Source: Priapulus caudatus (lineage: Eukaryota). Taken from it: 64,000 nucleotides of DNA. The stretch spans positions 1,146,061-1,210,060 of the forward strand of contig NW_014577064.1 of assembly GCF_000485595.1 (NCBI RefSeq), read 5' to 3'. Positions 12,984-28,878 of this stretch are shown one piece after another. The translations under genes and the position numbers were made by a program. Every line of letters starts with the position of its first letter. Positions within the stretch are counted from its first letter, which is position 1. The notes below the pieces were generated by a model. That model did no database searches and was not told where the DNA came from. It saw only the letters and a program-made list of their open reading frames with translations.

Positions 12984-13613
12984 CGCACGAACGCACGAAC
13001 GCATATTTGTTTATAATTTAAGCTGCGCTCGCGCAGTGTCGCATAGGCGAATTTAGATACAATAATGTAACCCAAACAGAGGGGTAGGGGCCTACCCCTG
13101 TGTTTGGATTGCATTATTGTATCTAAGGCGAATTATGTTAGAAACGCACACACATAGGTACTCGTCTACGCGCATGTCAGGAGTAGATATAGGAAAATAA
13201 GTTTCCTATTTTCTATTGTCACTGGGGACACTTGGGGGGAGAAGTAACTTCTGACGTATACGTGCATACACATGCCCGACTGTGCGGCGCTGCCCGCCAC
13301 GGCTGCGTGGGAACCGATCTATAGTCCTACGGGTCCTACGGGTACACATTATAGAAGAATTACGAAGAACGAGCGATTGTACGAAGTAGAACCTCGTCTC
13401 GTGGGTTCTGTCATTGGTTTGGCGGGATAACTAATCTGACCAGGAATTGCCCGCGGCTACTGGTCAAGTGTCTTCTGTCACTTGAGACAGACTGCGCAGT
13501 TAGTCGTTTAGCTAAAGAGCGAAGAGCGAGGAAGATGCTTGCTCGTTGGGTTACCGAATTTTGTGGTAAAACTACGCGACGTGAAGGAAGCAAAGGAGCT
13601 CGTATATGCATAA

Positions 13614-13843
13614 GGCTGAGAGGGTCTATGTCCCCCCAGGGTACTGCCGGAACGTACCCTGGTAACTATCTGATATGGTTAGGGTTGGGGTTAGGGTTAG
13701 GGTTAGAGTTAGGGTTATGGTTAGGTAGTAGGCGTAGTCGACTCCTAGACTCGTTAGTGGAGTAGGCGAGGTACGGTCCGGCATATTAGATAGTACCAGG
13801 GTACGTTCCGGCCTTACCCTGGGGGACATAGACCCTCTCAGCG
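13614..13843. mobile_element. MITE family A, 230 bp, ~50-bp TIRs, TAA TSD (PIF/Harbinger-Tourist-like); interior (TTAGGG)n
   Basis: GCTGAGAGGGTCTATGTCCCCC...GGGGGACATAGACCCTCTCAGC with TAA at 13611-13613 and 13844-13846. A partial copy lies at about 13978-14038. Confidence 0.85.
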
Positions 13844-15901
13844 TAAATAAGGACGAGCGCGCGTGTCGATTACAATAGGGACAGAAATATTAGAGTAGTT
13901 CAGAGAGTAGTAAGTAGACAGCATGAACTATATCCACTCGAGTGTATTCGAATGTAATGTTTTCGAATTTGTTCAGAGATAGTACTATGTTCAGGGTACG
14001 TTCCGGCAGTACCATGGGGGACATAGACCCTATCAGCCAAACGCTGGTATCACTAACATAGCTCAAAATCGTATGGAATGACATGCCGATCAGCAAAACG
14101 ATAAAGATTTAAACAATCATCTACGGATAACAAGACAAATTATTATACGTGAACACACATTCTGTTTATTCCTACTATTTTCCCCATATATACACACACG
14201 CATGCACATACAAGGTGCAATGTTGGGGCTTACGGCTAATTTGTGTCGAACTGAATGATGTTTTACCTCACATAAACACGAGAATTCTGTTACAATAAAA
14301 AATAGTTATTTCTGGTAAGTCTCTTACATTGACGCGCATAGATCTTCCGCATATATTCACTCTATAAGAGGCGTAGCATCGTACACGCTATATAATCGGC
14401 GTGGCATGACGCAGCATGTAAAACTCAGACGTGTCGATTTAGACAGGCTTGAAAGTTTATACATGACCGTCACTAACAAGGACTGACGCCGACAACGAGT
14501 CAACGACGTGGTAATTATATCAATCCATGATCATCCGTAGATAAGCGGAGTGTGGTTACACTATCTGAGTACATGTGGTTACACGATCAACATGATTTAT
14601 ACTGTAATATGAGGTACTTAATTGTCATCCGATCCGTCTGTTCCAAACTAGTGTATCGTGTATTCGACAGTCACAGATCTTATCCGCTACTAGTATCCAG
14701 GATTCGCGCCTAGGTGCCTAGGTATTATTAGCTCTTGCATGGTGTTATGTGGATATGTCAGCATTCCATATCTGGCACGTCATCACTATCCGAAACACGC
14801 AGGGCCTAGCTGTTACCTTGCCACCTTGTTTTTTTAATCCGCTACTCGCTCGTCGACAATGAAAAATTCACCCGTAATGTCTGTACCGGTTCAGTTTTTC
14901 GCAGGTCACCAATGAGCTGTCTATTATCATTCACCTATAGCTATAAACTGTCTATCATGTACTGTTTAAATATACCTGCATGTTCATCACTCGACTATAG
15001 CTGTGACTGGGCCACATACGATGTTTGTACATATACCCTGTTTGCCTACTAAATAAGGAAGACATATAGCAAGCTTATGAGGACTAAATAATTTTTGTCA
15101 TCTCGACAGGAAGGTGAATTTCCATTATTTTTTACACATTTCATTGTTTCAACCCCATTCTGTTACAACTTAAAGATACCTACACTCAATAATAAATCAC
15201 TGCTATAGTATTAATATAGATACATGCGAATCATTACAGCTTTTTTCTTACTTAATTTGATATATATTATTATAGGCCGAGCTATAGGCAAACCTCGAAG
15301 AGTCACATGATGCCAACACCTGTTTAACCCGCAGAGGCGCTGTACGCCACCATGTGGCGCTGTTCAATCAGCAATATATCGGAAAATCTTCAGGAACTCA
15401 GTTGGTACATCTGTGCAAAATGTTGTAATTCGGCCCCTTCCTAGTTCAGCACCCCGAATTTGTTTAGCATATATGCGAACTATATTATACAGGGGTACCA
15501 AACTAGGAACGAGCACATAATCCTACCCAAAAGTGCGCAATTAATGTGCCAATTATCCGCTGTGCTATTGCATGCTCCTTGATGTCAAATTTTGTTATGG
15601 CTATTGCAGCGATGTAATGAGTGCGCGGAAAGAAGCGATAAAATAATTAAAATATAATTACCTCCAAATAATGTACGTACTGAGTCCTGCATGATATCAG
15701 AAATACGAAGAAAACTATATAGGCCTACATTGATCTTTTGTTCTGTTGCGAAAACATATAATCAACTGCTCGTGTGTGATACACATTCTTGTTTACTATT
15801 ATTTCAGAACTAAATTAATTACGTTGACGTTAACAATGAAAGATGCATACAATAGCGCAGTGCAAATCGGTACAAGTAACCTCACTAGGATACACACACA
15901 C

Positions 15902-16002
<101 letters not shown>

Positions 16003-16003
16003 G

Positions 16004-16036
<33 letters not shown>

Positions 16037-16414
16037 CAGGGGTGAATAATGACAAAATATATATATACCAACATACACATTAAATACACACATACGGCGA
16101 CTCCTAGGGTCTATATCTACGAGCTTAGCAAGTATGGCGTTCTATACTATTCCTGTAGAACTGAGTCTGGATAGTTGCTAATACATTTATATTGCTATCA
16201 TATTTTTTCGTCGCTGTCGCTGAAATTTAATTGCAAATCTGTAATTGTGCATTTGACTAGCACAGCGACTCACACGGTGTGGGTTTATTAACATGTTTGA
16301 CGAAGGTAAATATTAATTAACTTTGCTTTTTGCAATAGGCTACGTTCAGCTATCATCTTTTTCACTGCTAAGACGAAACGCGTATTGAAGGTCAGATTGC
16401 GAGTTTTTCCCATT

Positions 16415-17688
<1,274 letters not shown>

Positions 17689-18530
17689 ATCTCATGAGAA
17701 CGCAGGTCTTCCCGTTTTAGATTTACGTTTGCAGGCGAACTATATAAAGATGGCACCTCGAAACAGATTTTCCGTAGGCCTTGAACACGTCACGTAGAAT
17801 AGCTCACGTAGTACATTTCCATGCGCTTATCCTGCTCAGTAAACTGTGACAATCTGCCAAGAGAAATAATAGCAATACATTAGAGCTCGGTAAAGAGGCG
17901 ATGTCGCGATGCTTTCTCCGTGTTTGTATGATTCTGTATCTGGGTGAGAACGAACGTAGCAAGACAGTGCATGCACGAGTGATTTAATTGATATATACAT
18001 ATTTTCCTTATTTAAATTAAAGATGTGAAGCGTTAATTATTGGCATCTTATACTATTTTAACGCGTGTATTGTGTCTTACAAAATGGGGCTCCTTTTATT
18101 TTTAGTTAATGGCACTAGTGTTGATTTATAAATGTAATCATGTACGTACGTAGTATCGATTTATTACATGAACTCGACTAATAACATCTCGACAAAAAGG
18201 TTTCGTGGAATAGTACGAGCAAGTAAGAGTACATATAACAGTTTATTAACATTTACACACGCACTATTACGTTTATATTAACAGTTATAAATACCATGTA
18301 TAGCGTGATTTACCCATACGCGGGAGCATGTGTTTTCTACAGTCAGGGTTACGGACAGGTATATACCTCTGTAAAGGGCATTGCAACATAACTGCCCACC
18401 AAATTCAATCAAACTCATATCTATTTAGTCTCTCTACGCTCACGATGAAAATAATCATAAAAACTTCATCGCTGATTACGTGATGGCAAAAAATGTAAAT
18501 TTATATAAAAGAAAGCTTTTTTTTATACAT

Positions 18531-18813
18531 ATCTCAAAAACAGCAAAGGGTTGGGACCTAAACCTAAGTTATTCATAGCATGCACTAGTAAATAAACGGT
18601 TCTTGGGATTTAAAAAAACGCTTTATTTTAGGAAATAAGAAAGTTGAAAAGATGCACAAAAATCTGTAATGTTTTTTATGACATAACAATATCGTAAATA
18701 AAGAACCATAACTAATAAAAAACATTTGTTAAATTTTAGGGAATATTTACTAGTTCATACTATGAACAACGTATTGCTAAAAGTTTAGGTCCCAACTCTT
18801 TGCTGCTTCTGAG
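18531..18813. mobile_element. Diverged inverted-repeat element upstream of the Hox gene
   Basis: TCTCAAAAACAGCAAAGGGTTGGGACCTAAAC...ACTAGTAAATA is mirrored by TATTTACTAGT...GTTTAGGTCCCAACTCTTTGCTGCTTCTGAGA. Ends and TSD not resolved. Confidence 0.55.
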
Positions 18814-19396
18814 AAATGTGAAAAAAACATGTTTTCTAGATACTATAGGCATGCGCGAGCGCAAATCTTTCCTATGCTAGGATATGGAGACCTCAATTCG
18901 GGACAGGGAGAATTCGACATTTTTTGACAAGGAAATACGCGACTACAGAGCGCCTTATAATTATGAAAGCGAGACACTGATTGAGGACACGTCATATATC
19001 CATATTATAGTTGTAATAAAGGGGACTATTAGATAGAAATATTTAATATCATAGTTACTAAAGGGGGGACTATTGCATAGGAATATTTAATATTATATTA
19101 CCAGTGAGTATATATTGCATACGTGATCATGAACTGGGCAAATTCAACAAAACATTTCTTTTTGCAAACCTTAGGCATGCGCAAATACAGATCCTTTCCT
19201 AGTTATAATTAATGAAAGGGAACTCTTGGGTAAACAAATTTAATATTACATTACTAGTGGACTGTATGTTCTATACGCAAAATTCAACAAAATATTTCGC
19301 TTGACAAAATCTTGGCATGCACGAAAACATTGCAGAAATAAATCATATGTAGGATAGGTATAATAGGTATAGTATAGGTACAACAACAACAACAAC

Positions 19397-19431
<35 letters not shown>

Positions 19432-21872
19432 TAATAATACTAATAATAACATTAATAATAGTAATAATGACAGTGATATTAATATTAAGAATAACACTTA
19501 TTTCCTATTCTGAACTCCTTGCATTGATGAACGAAGCAGGTGATATCCTATGTAGGATCCAAATATTATATGTAGACGAGCACGTGAGCTGATTTACATT
19601 ATATCTTCTAAATAGGAAAATGACACTTTAATAAATGCTCATTAAATATTTAATAACCTAAACCTTATTTAGACTTTGATAAAATGTGCGTAACAGAGTG
19701 TGTTTTATGTAATGCTACTGGAATAACATATAAAACAGATTTGAAATGCAGAGCAGCAGAGAGATAATAATGCATCTTACGTTTTGATGAAATTTACGAT
19801 GCACTATTTGCGGTAGAATTGCATTTTTGAAAGTGTCTATTACAGATGCATTCTTTATAATTAAGTAACAGTGTGCGTACTCAGTATAACGTATTTCCGC
19901 ATTGTAAAAACGCACCAACCATAAAATATTACCGGTTCTATATATTTAGCCGTGTCCATACGATGACACGATTCCAGAAACACCGGTGTTTCTATTGCGC
20001 AGAACCCGGGATATTTTTCTTCGTGCAGAGACGCGCACACACACACACACAAACACACAAACACACACACAAACACACACGCACACACAAACACACACAC
20101 ACGCACACGCACACGCACACACACACGCACATGCACGCACACGCACATGCACACACACGCACACGCACGCACGCACACAATACATACATCTACTTCGTCG
20201 CGACGCTGTAATAATTTTGCTCGGCGTCACATATGAATGGGTCACGGCGACACAGCATTCACACGGTCGTTCCTCTTTCACAGCGGCCGAGCCTTCGCGA
20301 CGTTTTATGGTCAATTTTCATTAATTTATAGCCTATAAAAGACATCGCATTCGCGATGCGGCGACATTTTTAATCATTGCGACGTGAGACGGATGCAAAA
20401 CGCTCGCAGCGAAGAACTACACATATATGGAAGCGAGTGCGGGCGAAAGAAACGACGTTAAGAGATATTAATACATACAAAAACGTATACCTTACAATAT
20501 CTAGCAACGAGAAAACTCACCTGTGATAAAAACGCGGTAGCGATGAAATGCAATCTGTCGCCTTTGGTTACACCCTGAGGTTTCCGAGACGATTTTTCCC
20601 AGAGATGCCTCCAGGAGAGGAGGAAACGTGATCATACCCGAGCGCCACGTGACGAGCGGCGACCAATCATAGCGGGAGATATTTTGTGCTATCCGTAAAT
20701 CTTGTCGCAGCGAAAGACGGATGCGGCGCGCGTGTGTCACAGTGTTAGAGCATTTCGGCCAATTCCAACTCGTGAAGGGTGAAGGTGTTTTACCGTCTTG
20801 TAGTCAATGTGAATTTAGTGCACTTTCTATATCATTCTTCGAGACAACCATTAGTGTGTTGTTGCCTAAATAACACACTAATACATCATGACTGTCATTA
20901 CCTAACCGTAATGTTATCGAATGCACGTTACATATCGTTAAACAGAGTCTAATGAGTAATGTGTATATCAACGATGCACTCAGCAAGAGATTTTCTAACC
21001 TTCGTGTTACTATGAGGATTGGTTAGTGGTTTGTTACTGGTTTCAGGCAGGAGTAGGTCAGAGCGGGTTTGTAGATCACGCATACAGAAATACAGCAAAA
21101 TACACAGTTCTCATGCAACCTCGTAACCACACAGTTGATGGGATAGTGCCCCAGCTACGGATATTTCTACTTTGACCACCTATTGAATCTGTTTAGAAGA
21201 GACGATATAAAATGGATCTTGAACATAGTTACCTACTGAAAATATTTCATAGCTAATAATTCATGGGATTTAAGATCTAATAGCCCTTCACGAATGACGC
21301 TGAATATAGTCTATAATTTTTTTGTTATAACGATAACCGACTAAAAATAATTCTCTAACTTAATATCTCTGTAGATATATTATTAACGTAACATATTTTA
21401 GGAATCTTTTGTGATCATGCTTTTGATATGCAATTCGGTTTGAGAATTTTCACAAGTAAATTATTTATTTAGTTTTAATTAAATGTAACTTATTACTAGA
21501 CTACAAGTAATCCACATGTTAATTATTTGGACACTGGTTGCATTATCACACGCGCCGCTATATGTACTTGTATTAATAACACCTGCAATTATGGATGTAA
21601 TTAATATTATTAGCATGGAGGACTTATTATACATGTGAATATGTGTTGTCTTTATTTAAATACAACGAGGTTAACATTAAAACAATGAGGTAAAGGAGGA
21701 GAGTGTTGCCTCGTCGGCAAACTCGATCTATGTTTGAGGTTACCCGCCTTCGAGCCGGGGTCGGCCAGCTCGGCTCGTGGGTCTAAATGATCCACCGGGA
21801 GATTTGGTGTTTCACATGCACCGACGTCGAAAAGTTTGAGTTTAAGTTACATTTGTGATATAAACATCATAC

Positions 21873-21905
<33 letters not shown>

Positions 21906-23499
21906 TCTACATATATAATCAGACAACAACAGACGTTTTATTTTATATATGAGCATAGATAAGAAATCATATAAAAGAATATAGTGAACAGGGTAGGACT
22001 AATATAGCGATATATATGTAGTAATATTATAGCAGGGCTTTAACTGTAATAACAAGTATGACTTTCTCTCTCGTTATTATAAATTATCGCTAAACACATC
22101 ACGAAATTTTTATTTCATCCCCATTTGTTTAAAAGTGAGGTGTTTGAATTAAATGCATTCGTATTATATAAAAAGGCTATCCTAACCATCCATGACTAGC
22201 CTATAACATACGAATTTACAATATATCTCGCTCTACACGACTCACTATACACGGTCGAGAAATCTGCAACGTGCTAAGCATCTGTGGCGGCTATAGTACT
22301 ACAACACGAAACATGTCCGCCTTGCGCCGCGTATCTTTCCCGTCAATGCTCAGCCATTATTAGACCGCGGCATCAGCAACTAGCCCGGGGCACCGATAGT
22401 TTACTATAGGTGATTTAGTGGGCCGCTTACAGCCATGCTAGCATGTAAACTTCAAAGAGAACCGACAGTTTCTAACATCGATGCCGACAATGGCTGAGAG
22501 CGTATCGTGGGCGTTTACACACGATTCCTTGTGTTTTTCTTAGTAGACGCGGTTACGCATGATAAATATTAAGTATCTGCTACGTCGGACATCCACCACG
22601 ACCATCTAGAATCGTAATTAAAAAGTCTCTAAAATATCTCCGTGCATGTATATGCCGCTTAATTTCCTCATACTAAATTGGCCCTTTGCCGATTTTATCT
22701 GTTAAGTTGGAAAAATGTTTTTATCGAAAATATTTTATACCTATAATTGAAAATATTGTCATCGCATGGTTAATGGGTAAAATACGAATTTTATCTAGAA
22801 ACCTTGCCTAGTAAATATGAGGATAATATAAGGCAATACCTAAAGTCGCTAGATGTGCTGTAGATACATGCAAATTCTCACGATCACACAAATGAAATTT
22901 ATACAGTATTTACTTAATTTTAGACGCCTACTGTGTCCATGGCACTTAACGGTAACCATGAAAATTCACATGAATCTATCGAATACCGCTGTTAAAATCT
23001 ATTAGTAATATTGCCTACTTTACTGCACTAAGAACATAGACAAAACAGAGCGAATGATTATGTCAAGCGACTGGCAATAAACGGAAAATACTCGAGAAAA
23101 AAAGTTCCGTCTTTTGCTGACCAACAAAGCCACACGCATGCACCGAACCCATAACACGAAACTGCGTATAAACGAGCAGCAGTTATAGCTCCGTGCGTGT
23201 GAATACACACCCGGCAATTAAGACGCCGTTATTTCTGCATAATTGACGTCGAATTCTTCGTCGACTATATATATAAGAGGAGAAATAGGGAAAGAGCAAG
23301 GTCAAAAAAGCGAGGATAGGTGTGAGATAGACAGATATGGAAGATATGAGAAATATCGAAAACTATAGAAAAAGAAGCGAGAGATGGAGACAGATAGCGG
23401 CAGAGAGAAAGCGGGAGATCGCTTATAAGCGTTACACATTTATCGCTGTGTATATACCCTATTCGTGTGACGCATTATTTTATAGGGTGTACGCGCTGA

Positions 23500-23660
23500 C
23501 TCTGATTTATGCCTGCTGTGGCTGTCAATGCAGACGATTTATTTGCGGGCGCCTTGCTCTCGTAGGCTATAAAATTTGCATTGCTCTTTCTTGCTGGCTT
23601 GACTCAGCCACCTCTCGTTGGGTCTGTGCCCAGTTCTGTAAATCAATGTTAGCTGTCTGC
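23500..23660. promoter_or_regulatory. Candidate Hox/Pbx(Exd)/Meis(Hth) binding cluster about 6 kb upstream of the Hox start
   Basis: TGATTTAT at 23503-23510, a Meis site CTGTCA at 23522-23527, and a second Exd-Hox site (TGATTTAC on minus) at 23638-23645. Motif match only. Confidence 0.35.
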
Positions 23661-26600
23661 GACGCTCGGCCGCGGCAAGGTTTGATGTTCTATTGTCGAA
23701 ATTTGGCGAGCGGGAGGCAAAATGGCGTCACATATTTTAGGGTATTAGTTACAGCGATTTTACGGGATTAACTACTTGTGCGTGTTCTGCTTTACGCACT
23801 GGTTGCCGTTCAGTTTTATCACCAACACATCTGTTCCTATCACAAAGGCACGAACATAATTTATCGATATGGTTATTACGTGGTTTGTACCGACAGTTAG
23901 CAATCGGCAAGAAAAGTGCGGCTAGAATACCTATACCTTCTCATTGTTCGCCTGGTGCTACTAGCTGAATTAGAATGCACCGTTGCGACGTGTGAAGGAA
24001 CATGTAGCGCAATAAACGTATACTATAGAAACGAAGTGTGTAGCAATAGAGCGTTCACTGCTTTGCTGCTCAACACTCATGTGATTACAGCAAAATTAAG
24101 TAAGCCCTACGTATGTAATATGAGAAGCCAGCGGACCCCGGTGTTTTCCCCTGTATAATCCTCTATCTTTCTCATATCGTCTCGCTCTGGCTCGCATGTT
24201 CTTTCTTCTTCTCACACTCCCGCGCTCCTTCATCTCTCAGCTTTCTCGTTTTATCTCGCTCGCGCGCGTATTTTCTTTATCTCTCTTTTCCTTCTCACTC
24301 TCGCATGCTCTTTCGCTCTCCCCGTTTCGATCTCCCGTTTCTATTCCCAAGCTGTCTCATACATAGTCGCAATTCAGATAAGGTCTGATGACGTTTTCCT
24401 ACGGAACGGTGTAACAGCTCCCCCGGGTGTCATAATAATACAACTTATTGCACACCATGAGGATTATCTTGTTCAACGTAGCGTAGAAATCATTGGAGAC
24501 CGGACTAGAGTCAATATCGAGATTCTCTCGGATATCTATCCCGGAAATTTTTCCAATCAAAATAACAATCGCGACATGATTTAATTTTGCGATGTAGCTA
24601 TGCGGGTTCCTTCTCATCCGGCCTTTTTCAATTCAGCACAGGCTTATACATCACACATACCGACCTCGAGCAGTAATCGTGATAAAGCGCCCGTCGTCGC
24701 GACGCCCATGCTTGCAGTTGAGAAATGTTAGGTTACAGGCAAGTTCCGATTTTCAAGCTAACGAGATAACGTGTGGTATAACACGATGAGTCCTATGCGC
24801 CATGCGCTATGGGCCATGCGATGCTACAATACAGTGATGCATACGACAACACTGTAAGATATTGCCAGACGATTATTTAATTAATGGTGACAGATCCTTT
24901 CTTATACACTATCGCTGTGCTTTCTTTATGACAACGTTTAGTTATTAGGAATAAAGCTATTGAATTGGAGAGTGAGCTCTTTCCGCTGTGGGAACCCCTA
25001 ACCAAAAATGTATACTGCCTTACTCGCGGGCGATAGTAGGATGCGCTACTGTGATACAATATGCCTGCCGCCGCCGCTGCCGCCGCTTCCACCGCTGCCG
25101 GCCGCCGCGGCCGCCGCTGCCGCTCGCGGCCAGCCAGCGCCGTGTCGCGCTTCACCGGGCTGGCGCCATGCTTCCACCGGCTGCGCGCCCCAGCCGCCCT
25201 GCCGCCGGCCTGCGCCGCGCCAGCCGCCGGCCGCCGCCCCCTGGCCTGCCGGCTTGCCCGCCAGCCGGCCTGAAAACCGGGGTAATAATGAATATTTGTT
25301 TACTTTAGGCACTTTTGCTAATTTTTTGTAGCATAGTATTTTATGATGATATTAAAGAGAATTTGATGTTGCAAAAACCTCTGAAAAAGTGTCCCTAACC
25401 TAGACCCTAACCTCTAACCCTGACCTATATCCTTAACGCCTTGAACCCTTGACCTCTAGAGTTAATATTTTAAGAGAAGTAGTATGTTAACCAGTAGGAA
25501 GGCCTAGGTAAGAGGTCGATATCCTAGTCACACCCCTTTCAGCCGGCTGCGCCGCTGTGCCTTCATCTCTTTTTTTCGTGGCCTTTTTTGGCCGTCCGCT
25601 CGTTACTGCGCGCGCCCGCCGCCGCGGCGCGGCGCCGCCGCTGGCGCCGGCCGCCGTTGCTGCCATTTTTTGTGCTTCCGCCGCCTGCTCTTTTGGCTGT
25701 TTTTTTTTCTTCTTTGGCGGTTGTTGGTTTTTCCTTTGCTGCGCTTTGCTTTCCGCCGCTCTGCCCGTGGTCCGTCTTATCCTTTTTTTCTTTTTTGTCT
25801 GGCTGTTTTGGCCGCCGCCATGCCGCCGCCACGCCTCCGCCGGCTGCCGCTCGCCGGCCGCCGCCCGCGTGGCTTTGTCGTTGCCGCCGGTCCGCCGCCG
25901 CTGCCACAGCATCACCCATTTGTTTTACTCATATCTCTGAAGTTATTCGTTTTTTACAATATTTCGCAGGATTGTGATACTGCTTTGGGAAATTTTGTAA
26001 ATACAAGTTCGATGTTATTATCCGGTGTTATTATATTTTTTTCCCCATGTGAACAACTACGTAATTAGCGACCTATTTAAATACGAACGAAACCAGCGTT
26101 TCTATACAAACATGAAGGCGCTATATATTGTAGTTGTCCATCCATTTTATCGGGTCTCGGACAAAATCGCATCCTAAAAATGCGGGTAGTTGCATTTCGA
26201 TATACTTTGACGGGAGCCGTTTCGAGTTATTGCTGAGCGTTTTTTTTCCAAACATGTACACACGATTCATTGCTCTCTATCACAATCATTGTAACAAAGT
26301 TTGTGCTAAATCGACTCCCCAAAAAGCTCTTAGTGGCCATTTCTAACAAATTTTAGCATTTTTAACTACGGCTCCAGGGACACAATGAGAAGGTTTTTAT
26401 CATTAAATATGCGTGACCTGCATGTTGTAGAATATGCACACGCATATATATGCATATATATATATATATATTATTGTCTACAGTCTGTATGATTTTCCAC
26501 AAGAAATTAATTCAAATATCTGCTTTCAAATTGATGAGACCAGCCGGGCCCCTTGAATTTATTACCGTAGTTTAAATTAATGTTTCGTTAAACTATACCA

Positions 26601-27950
26601 CAAACTCGTTTAATAATTTAAAAGCGTATTTAAATTTACGAGCGATTGAATGACGACAATATTTGACAAAACGCAGTTAAACGACGACATAGTGTAGACT
26701 CTATGGGAGGACATCGCATTAGCGAATGCCGTAGCTTGACTTTCATAAATGTAACAACGCATATTGTAGAGTTCATCTTCTTTCTCACAATTACGCTATG
26801 AGGATGAATGGCGAGTGGCTCGTCCGATTCTGCGCTGGTAATTAATGAGTACCAAGCTCACGTTACGTGCATATGTTCACCCAAACGCACATGAATATAG
26901 CCTTTTCGCACTAACACAGATTCAAATGTGATGTACGTGTAAGTGCCGCAAGTTGCGATGTATGACACTTACTACTCAGAAGGACTTTTCATAGCAGTTA
27001 CTCGATAAACACTCGCTGGTATTCGTTTTTATCTTGTATCGTTAGTTCAAATATAGGTATCGAACGTACGACCACTTTTCAGGTTATATATCGACCAACC
27101 ACGAAACACGAACACATTCAGATTATTTTCTACCCTCGTGTAAACCACGCTGACAGAACTTATCGGGGCGTACATCGTCATGGGAAATGGGTCATGGGTC
27201 ATGGGATTTGACCGGTTTAGAAAACAACGAATCGCGACGAATCTCCAGTTTATTGTATCAATGTAAATCACGTCGCTCGCTTGCTTACACTGTGTCGTCA
27301 AAATACATGATGAGTTCACGTTAATTTATGTACTGTCGTCCCATGAGAGCTAGCAATCCAGCCAGTGTGAGTCACCGTATTTTGATTTATTATTGAATAC
27401 GGATTAATAAATAATCGATTTTTTCAAACCTGCTTAATCGTGTTGAAGACAAATGTTTAGAAACGAAGCTAGTTAGATGCGAATTTTCACATTCAAACCA
27501 CCTCCTGATACATTCTTAATATTGTTGAATCTTCTGACACCCTATCTTCATTATGCCCAGGAAGATCGTTTTTATAAAACGTTTAATTTTGTGTTACATA
27601 GATTGATTATTTATAAAACCATTTTTTAGCGATGAAAATACGTTACACCCCACTTTACATTGTATTACTTTATATAAATCACTGCAAGATATAAACCGCG
27701 TTCGTGTCGGTTCATGCAAACAGGTTGAGATATAATAGTTGAATGACATAATCAAACATGGTTGAAAGACATGATAGAAAATAGCCGTATGTGTACCAGC
27801 GGTAGGATATTCCATCATGGAAGTTTATATAGTGTATGAAGCCTTGTCACTGTTTGCTACGAACCCAGTGTATCGCATACAGGTGATGGAAATTACATCT
27901 TCACAAATAAGACCCCGCGAAGCTGGCTGCTTTCACCCACCCTGTTACCA

Positions 27951-28147
<197 letters not shown>

Positions 28148-28455
28148 GCACGCGCGCACGTACGCACGTATGTATGTGGCTTGCACATGTTTTCTTCTAT
28201 TTGTCTTCAATGGAACGCACATTGTTCTTTTCTTGAATTATTCTTTCTTTATTATACTCTGTTCGTTTGTTTTTATTTATTAGTTATTATGGCAACGTGC
28301 ATATTACATTGTGTTTATGTTTCATCATCAAACTGTATCCATTCTGCTGTTGCTGTATAGCCTGGGAAAGCAATATGTTCTCGAAAGCTCGCGAAATAAA
28401 AATTTGAAACCTTATTCTATTTCTCTATATTTATAATTCGCGCGCTCTCTCTCAA

Positions 28456-28487
<32 letters not shown>

Positions 28488-28597
28488 CAGCGAAAATAAA
28501 TAAATAGCTAGGCCTATATATTCTTCATAGTAAATTAATTTCAATAATAGCGTTTGTAAGTGACACATTCCAACGTCTCTTCTTGCTCGATCCATTG

Positions 28598-28644
<47 letters not shown>

Positions 28645-28674
28645 CGCTTGCGAACTTAAATGATACGCTATATA

Positions 28675-28706
<32 letters not shown>

Positions 28707-28878
28707 CAGCGATAATAAATAAATAGTTGTATATTCTTCATAGTAAATTTATTGGAATAATAGCGTGTGTAAGTGACACATTCGAACGTCTCTCTTGTTC
28801 GATCCATTGTTCTCATTGCACATAATTATACTCAGAATCATTATTGCTACTCTCTGGCAACCGCCCTAGAATGCTAAG

